A DNA stretch of 64,000 bases from Cycas panzhihuaensis (Eukaryota; Plantae; Cycadophyta): NCBI GenBank assembly GCA_023213395.1, contig CM041465.1:50475741-50539740 (forward strand), read 5' to 3'. The notes under the pieces are model-generated. The model saw only the letters and a list, made by a program, of their open reading frames with translations. It made no database searches and was not told the origin of the DNA. Made by a program: the position numbers and the translations under genes. Numbering within the stretch: position 1 is the first letter of the stretch; every line of letters starts with the position of its first letter. Shown here in pieces: positions 39,953 through 51,800 of this stretch.

Positions 39953-42247
39953 TAAATGAAAGGTTTTTATGGTGAATATTAGACACAAAACGCACCGCAA
40001 TATATGCGGCAAATATTAATCCTAGAGTAAATGTACTTGAATAAATAATATACATGCCGCAAATGAATTCCATTGATATGCACAATTGGGTTGCATACTT
40101 TCAAACTTTGCTGATCAACAAGCTTGCCTTAAAATATTATTACGAGTGGCAAAATATAAGTTCAACGACTAATATTTTTGTCACTTAACTATATCATTAA
40201 CGTATTTTTATTATTGGGGCTTGCAAGATTAATTATTAATATATTATAGAGGGCTAGTATATCTATGCCGAGTCAACTCAATCATATCACCTAAATCAAT
40301 AGCAAGAACACACTACATTAAGAAATAATATAGTGTTGAGTCATAGCAAGAATAAATAGCTCAATAATAATATAATAATATTGACCAATGCCTTGGGTGT
40401 TATTATATTGAGCTCATAATACTTACTGCCTTTAGAATAAATAGTGACTTGGGATGTTGGACATACCACATGAATCATCAACCTACATTGCATAAAATGT
40501 CATTGATATGTACTGACAAGATTCACTATTTATACATACAAAAAGATTATAGGAGGAGGCATTTGCCACAAGTTAGGCCTAACTTGACCCAAACCAATGT
40601 TAGGCACGAGTAGAATGCTAACACATGGTTTTGTCAAAGAGTAGGAGAAGTCGTGGCTAGGAAGCATTATGGAAGCCAAACATGAATTTATATATGTAGA
40701 TGAGAATGATGAAGAATTTTGTCACCAAGCATCATTCAAATATTTAGAATCTTCTTTGACGTTGGTAAGCCTTAATGATGCACTCCTATTGGCATTAGAC
40801 AAAAAAATAATGAGCAATAAAGAAGGTTACAAGAATTACATTAGAGAAAATTAAAAGTCATAAAGAACATATAGATAAATTTGTGAGGCAGGTAGATGAG
40901 GATGACACAACTATATTAAAGGATAATGGAGCACAAGATCCTACAACACCGAAGGAAAAATGGTCTACCAATCGCGAGCAGTTCACAAGGGAAATCATAG
41001 TCTTGACATATAATTTGAGCATGCAAAAAGAAAAAAATTAATAAACAATAAGAAAATAAGGATGAAGCATTGATAATTGACAAGGACAAAAACCCTATGC
41101 TATTCTTAGAAGAATATATACCAATTTATGATCAAACGGTTATTGAGGATACACCAGAAAGGTCACTAATGCCAATGATGATATTTTCGTCCCCTAATCA
41201 ATTTGAGAAGAACTGACCAGTGTCTACAATGTTTCCTAATCAATTTGAGCAAAAATTACTAATGTTGATGGTAGCAAGTTCACCTCCTAATCAACTTTTT
41301 CAGAATCTAAAAGCAAGCATAAAAGTTTCTACTTTGAAACAATGTCACTAGGCAACAACACCATCAACTACTTTTCAGAGAAATATATTTAACAATTTTG
41401 GAAAAGGTGACCCAACTCCTAATATAAAGAATGATCCGTATGACACTGCAAGCAAAATTTGTAAAGATAATGTTGGTGAAATCAATATACTAGATAATAT
41501 GAATCAAATAATTACATCATATATACCAGAGGATTCTTTAGTGTCAACACTACTCATGTCATCCCCTAATAAATCCAAACAGATCCCAAGCATTGATATA
41601 GAATCTTATATTTTATGACAATACTGGTTTATATCAACACTGACATAGACTTGCATTTAATAAATTTGCAAATGATGACCAGTCAAAATGTAATCTCCAT
41701 CGATAATTTGAAGTCAGAATTGAGTGAAATATTTCTTGGTTGCACTTAATCTATAAACGAGGATATACAAAAAGTCAATGTTTTCGAAATCAATGTCTGC
41801 CAAATAATTCCAATTGGTCTACGACCACATCAACTTATTTAAGTTTGCACTTGTATTTGTATTCGTTATTGTTTGAAGTTTTGATAATTACGACTTGACG
41901 ACATACACCAGATGATTATGACATCCTCTTATCAACAAGAAGCAACATTTGACTTTCATTTTTATATGCTTCAAGGGCTAAGAATTTCAAGAAGGGGGTC
42001 TTGTTACAAGTCTAAGCCTAATTAATTAATTTAATCGTTACTAAAAGGTGCCTTTGAATGGTTGCACCCATTCACCAAAAGACATTTTATGCATATAAGT
42101 ATGCATCCATTGTAAACATTAAACATCATTCTTTTTTATCAATCAAATATATTTGGTCTTTTGACTATTAATCCTTTCAAGTTGTGCGCGTGTGCTCTCT
42201 ATTGGAATTAGTGATAATCTTTAAGTTATGAACAAAGGTTTGGAACA

Positions 42248-43166
42248 CAGTTTTTCAAATTACATCCATTTTTCAAAAATGTAAGACTAATCTTTCCAAT
42301 TTCATCTATTGGCACCATGTTGGTATCAGTAGAGGTCAACACTTGAGTGCTATAGGTTTTAACTTTCTCCACATCATCATCATCTTGTATTGCCTTTTGC
42401 ATTTCCTTTCTTTTGAATCGACAAATTTTCTCCTCATGGCCCAGCCTTCTTGTAGTAGTAGCATTTTCTAGAGATTTTTCTTCTTGGGTTTTTTCAGACT
42501 TCTTTGCACGTTTCTCTGTCTTTACACCTCCTTTCCTTTGTGTCTTTACAATGAAGCCATGATTTAAATCTGAATTCCCAAGAATGCCATGATGTTTTAG
42601 CTTAACATCTTTAGTTATGATAAGAGTTTTTAGGTTGTTAAAGGTCATTCTTTCAGTCACGTCATCTTTTGCATGAATTGTCTGAAATGTCCCAAATGAG
42701 GCTAGTAATTTTGATATAATGATCGTAAATAGCAACTTATTATCAATTAAATTCTCTTTTATCTCTTCAAGTTATTTTTCAAATCCATTATTTTATTTAG
42801 GTAGGTGTTAATATTGTTGTTGTCTTTGACAATAGCATTTAATAACTCCATCATCAAAGCAACTCTGCGATTTGTTCGTTTCTTTTCAAAAGTGCCTTAT
42901 ATTTTTGTCTAGATCTCATTAGGTGCATCCAAGTTGTGAACAAGAGCTCTTTGATCTAGAGCCAATGATAGTTTTAGCACGCCAACAACCATAAACTATT
43001 TTTCTTCAAGGAGATCTCACTCTTTTGCATCCACAGGTATTATGGTTAGTTCATCTTTAGTGATTTTCCATAATTGATTCACTATGAGAGTGATCTCCAT
43101 ATTTGTTTTCCATTTGTGGAAGTTGTTTCCATTGAATATTACAATCAACAACCTCTCCCTGGTCAT
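42248..43166 (-). pseudogene. Copia gag remnant, homologous to the gag of 33341-39312
   Basis: IFNGNNFHKWKTNMEITLIVNQLWKITK vs IFNGNNFNEWKANMELILMVNQLWTITK; KLKHHGIL is shared; degenerate knuckle GHEEKIC. Confidence 0.85.
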
Positions 43167-43409
43167 AATTCTACTAAATGATTGAGAAATAAGCTTCTTT
43201 TAATGTTCATCTCTCCTTCGATCAGACTATTTTCATAATTCTCTCATCAAAATGCCAGTTTTGACACCCTAAACACCCTTCAAATGTGGTCCACACTCTT
43301 CAAATGCATTCTTCAGGCTTTGCACTACCTTTAATTCCTCTTCCATGGCCTCTTTGTTCACCAACATGGCTTGAAAGGGCTTCAACAGGGTCTTATTCAC
43401 CTCACTGGC

Positions 43410-46400
43410 TGTTGGATTTTGCATATTCTAACATGATATTAAACAAACACCATAGCACACCATAGAAAAATACCTGGATCATAAATGGTATCAAACGTTA
43501 CCTCCATTGTATTGATAGAACAAAATAATGATACAAAATGATCTCACATGGTGCGAGATAGATGTACAAATGCTAACATGATGATGTCTTTATATACTAC
43601 AAACTTATATTTGAGAGGGACCCACCACTTTGTAGTTGACTTGGTCAAATGTGCATTACTTGGTTAAATGTGCCTTATTTAGTCAAATGTGCATTATTTC
43701 AACACCTTCCCTTAATTCAAATTTCCATACTCCCCCTTAATATGCATTTGGGGTCTTTTGAATTTGCAATGCCTTGTCCTTGGAAATGTCTTGAAGATGA
43801 TGTTTTCAACTTGATATTCAGCTTCAATCCTGTAATGATGTCTTTGTTGTAGTAGCTCTTGAAAGTATTGATCCTTGAATTTGGCATTCTTCATTTTGGT
43901 GTGCAAATTTGGATTCTTCATCGTACAAAAAGTATAGTAAATCATAGTTGGTCCAATTTGATTTTGATGTAGATCCTATAGGCAATTTTGTAGGTAACCA
44001 TCTTCACAAATACTAACAATATCTTGAAATTCAAAATTTGCATCAAACATGTTTTCAATCATAGCTTCAAACACAACTTGTTTGTCTTCACTTTCCTCAA
44101 CACATGAATAATCAGTATCAATTGAATCAATATCAAGAACTTAAGGCAAAACATCAATATCCACACCATCGAGATCATCTATAAAATGAGCATCAACATT
44201 TTGTATGAATTCTTCTTCTTGATCAACATATGGAACAACAAGTTCTTCAACTTTAGAAGCGGAATCTTCAACTTCTATAACAGGTTCTTCAATTTGATTT
44301 GCAAATTCTCTTCCTTGCTTAATCTTGATATGGTTCACTTTACTTTGTTAAACTGGCTTATTCATTACTTGCATGGTGTTTTGAATATTGGAATAGATCA
44401 TGTTAGACTCTTTTTGACTTTTACGTAGCTCTTGAAATAGAACATCAGTTTCACGAACTTCTATTTCAACCTTTTTGAATTCGGCTTCAGTTGGATTAGG
44501 CCCATTAGTAATCTGCATACTTTCATCATTTTGCAATCATCCCTCATCATTCAAACAATTCAAAGTTGAATTAATACTCAAAATAGGAACATCACTTGAA
44601 CTTGATTCGGCAGATACAAATAAATCACCAGACTCATCTTCAACAGGACCATTAGATTCATATTCATTTTCTTTTGAAATATCAAGACTATATTTAGAAA
44701 TGAGTAATAAATCTTCCATATTTTGAATTGTTTTTTTAACAATTTTATTTTGAATTTCTTGACCACAATCATCAGTAGGCGCTTCAATAGTTTCATCATA
44801 CTCAACATTCTTAGTAATAGATTTATCATTCTTGACATTCTCAATAATAGTTTTATCAATTATCTCATTAATGCATTCAACAATGGGATATTCAGTAATA
44901 GTTTTTTCACATTTAGAAGTAGCCTCATCAATGCCCATACTTTCTTTATCTTCTTTATCAAGTTCTTGACATATCTTTTCATCAACTTTAGTACTTTCTT
45001 TATCAATTTTATCTATATCAGTTTCAAATTCTTCATGGCCTGTATGTTGGTCATTCAACTTTGGACCAAACTTTTCCTTTATAATATTCCATGCTTTGTA
45101 TGATTTGCATATTGGTTCTTTAACACTATCATAGACATAACAATATGTGTCTATCTCCAAGGTACGATGAGTCCAACTAGGGGCATAAGCATCTTTTTGT
45201 TGAAGTTCTGGTGTTGGATTTGTATATCCTTCAGAAACAATATCCCACCACTTAAAAGAAATAAAAACAGATCTCAATCCCCTTTACCATTCTAAGTAAT
45301 TCTCTTCAGTTAATATAACTAAACCCATCTTTGCTAAAGAAGATCAACTATAGCAGGTGCAACGATCAATCATAAACATGAACAAGCAAATCATATCATA
45401 CTTAATATTTCATCCTTCATCTTCTGTCCTTTCCTCTTTCTGCCTCCTTCTCTTAGAAAAGGATTTATACTACTTACATGATTGCTTTTGAACAAAATTA
45501 CTTTTGCAACATACTTCTAGGGTTTAACATAACTTCCCCTAGGTTCAACAAATCGATGGGAAGGAAGAGAATTTGCTTGCAAAAGACAATTTTTTCATAT
45601 GATTCAAACTAATGCTTCAACTTTGAATTGAAATATCTCTACTAAGGGCATCAGATTACCTTTTTGAAGAGAATGAGACTGAGCAATTTAGGGTTTAGTA
45701 CTCCTCATAGATTGGCTGCTAGTCGAAACTATCAGATATAACCACTCATAATGATTGTCTATGATCTAGGGACCCAATGGTTCAAACGACAGTACAATCT
45801 AACACCTGTAGCAGGAGATAGGGGCAAGATTGTCTAGGTACCCTCTTTTCCAACAAACTTGAAAAAAAATAAAATAGAATAAAATAAATAAATTGGAGCA
45901 CTTTTAGGCCTTAATCCCTTGGTCACTTAATATCACCACATAACCATCCATTCAATGCTAAAGGGCCTATTGGATTTCAAAATACTCCTAATATAGTTTA
46001 ATCAAAACAAACTATAAAAAATATTTGCTTCTAGCATGTTTTCTATGCTTCGTTTTTCGTTTGGGTGTTTGCGTCACCTCAGATTTCAATCCTTGTGGCT
46101 TGGTTAACTCTTCAACCTCGCATTCTGTGTAGGTTCGATTTGACTTTGATGGACTCCCCTTCACTTAAATCCTAGCTTGGCTTGTGATTTCGTTATCCTA
46201 CAAATGATGCTCCTACGTGCAATCAATTGTTGGATTGATTCTAGATTAGATTGATTGTTCTATGTACGTTGTTTCATTCCTTCTTTGTATCATCTCTACA
46301 TGGTTGTAGTTCGCTCTTGCATGGCATATCCTTTGTGGATGATATACACCGATGATGCAGCTAGGGATATCTCCATGCTCCCTCTTCTCTTTCGTCTATG

Positions 46401-47536
46401 CTTCAACGACTATTGCGCAGTATCTCTTTAGTGTTTCTGTTTGTATGGGTGAAATTGAGATCTTCAATAGCATAAGGGCACAAAACGGTGACTTAGTGCA
46501 ATCTTCCCAAGGTTTAGGTGTGATTTGCAAGCTTCCTCACACTGAAGGTCTATAGCTTGTCCAAAATTCTTTCAACAATGTAACAAATATCTCTCTACTC
46601 TGCGGTCTATCACTTCTTTTCTGGTTCGTTTGTGATCTTCGTTATATAACCACTCTGTCTTGCCGACGGTAATGACAACATACTCTCCATTGTGTGCGCC
46701 CACAGGCAATTCCCTGCACTAATGAAATACCTAGGGTAGAAACATCTATGGTTTCTGTTCTCATTTGGTAATCTCCTTAGTGGCAAACCCTCAATGGTAA
46801 ACTGACAAGCTTTGATTTCTAGATAGCACTTCAATGAGCCATACAAATTCGAGATGGCTCAACAATTTGTCTAATGAACAGGCGAATCACAATAAATAGA
46901 TCTATTCATTTAGGGTATCTTCAATGGCAATGGCTAAGAATATCATGCAGTCAGTTGCAAGTACAAATAAATTGTCATGTATACAACGATCTTCCATGCT
47001 ACAAAATTCCAATGATAGATTTGAATGGGAACAATACCAAATGTGCTAAAGCGACCACAAACGGTCCCTAGAATAGCATAAACGAATCAATTGGTTTTAT
47101 TTCTCATAGACTTGTAGGTACAAATTGGGGTTAGGATTTTCGCCTCAACATAATCACAAACCCATGATGGAGTCATAGATCAACATTGACAGCCTTTAAA
47201 AAACCCTCATCAATGGAAAACTTGCAATCGATCAAGCTCTCCCAATGAACCAACCTGTTCTAATACTATGTTGGATTTTGCATATTCTAACATGATATTA
47301 AATAGAATATTAAACAAACACCAGAACACTCCATAGAAAATATCTGGATCATAAATGGTATCAAACGATATCTCCATTGTATTGACAGAACAAAATAATG
47401 GTACAAAATGATCTTGCATGATGCGAGATAGATGTACAAATGCTAACATGATGATGTCTTTACATACTACAAACTTATATTTGTGAGGGACCCACCATTT
47501 TGCGGTTGACTTGGTCAAATGTGCATTATTCCAACA
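43410..47536 (-). mobile_element. Non-autonomous Copia-derived element with a chimeric ORF
   Basis: LTRs 43410-43704 and 47269-47536, degenerate PBS 47257-47268, PPT from 43705. Confidence 0.85.
43712..45328 (-). pseudogene. Single-frame ~538-codon ORF: Copia Gag N-terminus + long acidic region + RNase H C-terminal remnant; only in-frame stops
   Basis: ORF pieces 44537..45277, 44348..44536, 44141..44338 and 43712..43945 share one frame with the ATG at 45328. LTEENYLEW..WWDIVSEGY at the start, PTMIY..KNPNLHTKMK..FQELL at the end. Confidence 0.75.
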
Positions 47537-48839
47537 CCCTCCCTTAATGCACATTTCAACATTGACTTCAAACAACCTTTAAATGGCTTGAAACACTGCT
47601 CACTAATACACTACATTGCTCCCATAGCTTTGTGGTGCTATTCATGCTTCAGATTATTGCTCACAAACACTCTATCGACTTTAAGTGTAGCTCACAACTG
47701 TCTTGTTGCTTTGAAATGGCAAATATGGCTCCGTTAGCTCTTTACGAGCTTGTCATTCAAATGTAATGTGGTACGTCATTTCACAAGCATTCCATAATGC
47801 AACAAGCAACGACCATTCATCAAGGAACCACAACATTGATCACAATGCAATGTTCATGCTTTACACCATTCAAATTGCACTTGTATTGTTCCACAATGCA
47901 TTACATCCATTCCCTAATGAATTATTGATTTAAAATGGCTTTAGATTGCTCCAAATGGTTTCTCACATTGCCCTCCAAGTTTCTTGTTGCTTTCAATGCT
48001 CCAATCATTCAGATTGTATTGGATTGCTCTACATGCTACTAACTGTTGAGGGAATGGATCTAGGGATCTAGTGCACTAACACTACACAATGGCAAATAGT
48101 GGAGGCAAGCACAATGTACTCAACAAGAGAATGCTAATAGCTTGAGCTCAAAGAGGAGAAGTGTAGAATATGATCACTCTCCATGTAATTTCAGCTTATA
48201 TAATGAGGTTGCTCATTAGGGTTTGGAATTTGAGTTTTCCCTCCCAATGACATTCAAATGAGATTACATGAAATTACAATGAAATGAACTTTATGTCATT
48301 TCACTTAAGTGACTTAGGCATAGTCACCTTATCCTAAAGTTATAAACATAAAAGTGACTTTATCTAATTCTAACTTCATGAAATGACCATGTGACATTAA
48401 CATTGTCACAATCCCCCCCTTAATGGCAGAAGGTCATTTTCCTTTATCCTATTCTAATCTATGAGGTCTTCATTATAGCCTCATTATTACATTGAGAAAA
48501 AAAAATCTACAACCTACAAGACACTTTTGTGGGAAAACCCTGGGAATAAAACCCACGGACTTGACTTCCTATTCTATGAAGTGGCTCGACGGCTCTTTGA
48601 GTGTAGCCGATAGCCAAGCGGTACAAGTTGGTTGTGCACTGATCTCGAGTCTCCATATACCGCTTCGTCATCCCCATGGCCGTCTGTGTTTTCATAGGTT
48701 CGATTTTGAAACAAGTACAACCCAACTCCTTTCGCGCCCATGAGGGGTTTTCACGAATGGAGAGACCAGACTTACTCTAATCCTTCCGCCCACAAGGGGT
48801 TTTCACGAATGGGATAGAGTATCTTTGGTCCTGTACCAT

Positions 48840-51800
48840 CTCCTTCAATCGGTTGGAGATGGAGGCCCTAAGGCCGAGCTTTGAATCGCTCAAACTTCAC
48901 CCTTTGCAGCGGTTTGGTGAAGATATCAGCCACTTGATCTGCTGTGGGGCAGTGTTCCAATTGTATTGTGCCGTCATGGACCAGTTCCCGGATCCTATGG
49001 ACTTTTGTACAAATGTGCTTTGTACGATCATGAAAAACAGGATTCTTGGCCATGTGGATTCTTGTTGATTGTCCACATGTAAGCTCGTTGGACCTATCCG
49101 GTGATATCCAAAGTATGTAATAATTTGCGGCCATATCACCTCCTTGCTAGCGACGAGCGGCTATGTATTCGGCTTGAAGAGAATCTGCAGTGATTTTCTG
49201 CCTTGACCGCCATGAAATTGGGTGTTCCAAGAAATGTGATGTACCCGGACGTTGATCTTCCTGTATTTTTGTCACCGCAAAATCCAGTCTGTATGTATCT
49301 TTGTAAGTCCGAAATCATTGTTGTGCTCATACAACAAACCAAGTTTTCGGTCGTCTTTAGGTACTTCAACACTCATTATTCGCTTGCCAATGGTTACGCT
49401 TTGGAGTTGTCATGTGACGGGCAAGAATACCAACGGCATGGGCAATATCGGCCTTGTGTTGGTAACATAAATGAGGCTACCTACAAGTTGCCGATAGAGT
49501 GTTGCATCCGCCTCTCGAGTGTCTTCATCGGAAAGTTTGGCATTAGGCTCCATTGGAGTATACATCATTCGGCATCTTCTAATCCGAACTTGATTAGAAG
49601 ATCGTTGATATATTTTCCTTGGGAGAGAAAGATTTTTCCATTGCATTGAGTTACCTCAATTCCCAAGTAATATCTCATTAGTTCGAGGTCGACGTTCGAA
49701 GGATTTTGACAAGTCCATCTTTAATTTCTTTGATATCCGCTCACTATTTCCAGCTATCGGCATGTCGTCCACAAAGATCGGGAGATATGTGACTTTTCTC
49801 TCTTAATAAACAAAGTTGCATCAACGCCTTGATAGTCGCATATCTCATATCCAAGTTGCCTCATTTTGTTGGACAACTTGGTGAACCAAGCGCAAGGGGC
49901 TTGTTTTAGGCCATATAACGACTTTTTCAGTCTACACACTTTCTGCTCTTGTCCTGCTATCTCAAAGCCTTCAGGCTGTGTCATGTAGATTTCTTCTTCC
50001 AAATCTCCATTGAGAAAAGCAGTTTTCACATCGAGTTGGTGGATTTTCCAACCCTGTTGAGCAGCCAAGGCCACAAGTGCTCTGATTGTGGGCCATTTGG
50101 TAGTTGGTGCGAAGACTTCTGTGTAGTCGATGCCTTCCCTTTGGGTGAATCCTTTTGCAACCAGCCTCGCCTTGTGTTAGGGTGCCATCTGATCTGTATT
50201 TATTTTTGAACACCCATTTGTTTCTGACTACCTTCCTTCCCAAAGGCAGATCAACGAGCTCCCATGTACCGTTCTTGATCAAGGATTGGTATTCCTCATT
50301 CATGGCATTTCTCCAAACTATGTGTTTCACAGCTTCTTGGTATGATAGAGGCTCGTCATTTGAAGCAAGGTGCAGTTCTGCTGGTTCAAGCTCTATGGGA
50401 AGTGATGTTTGCTCCCTTGCTCTGTAGGCACTACTTCGAGTGCCAGTTTTGCCTACCTCATCAGATCTCAAGTCTTTGTGCAACTGGTAGGCTTCTCGAA
50501 AACCTTTGGTTGGGAATGAGGTTTTCATTTCCACAACATCCTGGTCTTCATTTTGATCCTGAAAAGGATCATGGGAGATGTATGGTCCGGAGGTTGATGA
50601 CATTGTTGGAGAAGACGGCCCTACAACTGAAGGTGGTTCTTCTGCAACTCCTTTTCCTTTTGATGCTCGACGTGGTGATTCCTGGCTATTCTCCCAAGAT
50701 GGCGCTGGGTTGGCGCACATTGGCACAGGATCTGAGTCAAGGATAGTGTCCTCCGGGGCTCTATTGTCAGATTCCAAAATTTTGAGTCATTGGCACAGGA
50801 TCTGAGTCAAGGATAGTGTCCTCCGGGGCTCTATTGTCAGATTCCAAAATTTTGAGTATTTCTTGATGTCTCCCCAAATGTTGGAATCAGACATCATATT
50901 CCGGACATCGTTGTATCTATGAGATGGTGCTTTAGAATCAAGTTGAAGTAGTTGATCCTCTGTCTCATAAACACCACATCTCTAGTGATAATGATCTTCT
51001 TTAATGTTGGAATGAAGACCTTGTACCCTTTCTTGTTCATGGGGTACCCAACAAAGATGCCCTTTAAAGCTCGCGGTTGGAGCTTATTTCTATGCTCATC
51101 AAGAATGTGAGCATAACAAGTAGAGCCAAAAATCTTGAAGTGATGGACGGTAGGGGTCCGTCCAGTCCATCGTTCATTTGGAGACGGGACGAGCTTCGAT
51201 GGACTTATGTTGTTCATGCAGTAGATTGCAGTATAAATAGCGTCGGCCCAAAGATATGCGGGCACATTCTTGGAGACAAGCATAGCCCGTGCTATATTCA
51301 TTATGGTTCTATTAGCCCTTTCAGGAACTCCATTCTCACGAGGGTACCGCAATAGTTGTTTGATGCTTGATCCTCACGACACAAGAAGTCTTGAATTCAT
51401 TTGAAGTGTATTCGCCACCATTGTCGATCTGAGACACTTGATTGATATCCGATTCCTTCTCTGTGAGAGCCTTGAATGCCTTGAATCGTGAATGCTTCAT
51501 CTTTTGATTTGAGAAAGGTCACCCATACCTTTCGAGTGAAGTCATCAATAAATGTAATATAGTACCTCTTCCCTGTGAGAGAAGGGATAGGCATAGGCCC
51601 ACAAATGTCTGAGTGTACTAATTCAAGAGGTTGACCGCTTTCCATTGACTCGGGAAATGGTCATGCGTGGGATTTGGCAATAATGCAAGCTTCACATTTG
51701 AATGGCTTAGAGGAAAATGGGTAGACACAGAGTGGAATGGGAGATTTCCTTAAGTCGATCAAGTTTGATGTGCCCCATGCGAACATGCCAAAGAGCTTCT

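Larger units (their letters stand above)
31721..42247 (+). mobile_element. Non-autonomous LTR element hosting Copia 33341-39312
   Basis: ~247-bp LTRs 31721-31968 and 42002-42247, degenerate PBS at 31971, PPT GAAGGGGG at 41991; no pol domains recognised. Confidence 0.75.

Noticed and set aside
39825-40085. Hydrophobic ORFs with YI/YLSI runs (also 59366..59701)
   Set aside because: Translations of microsatellites.
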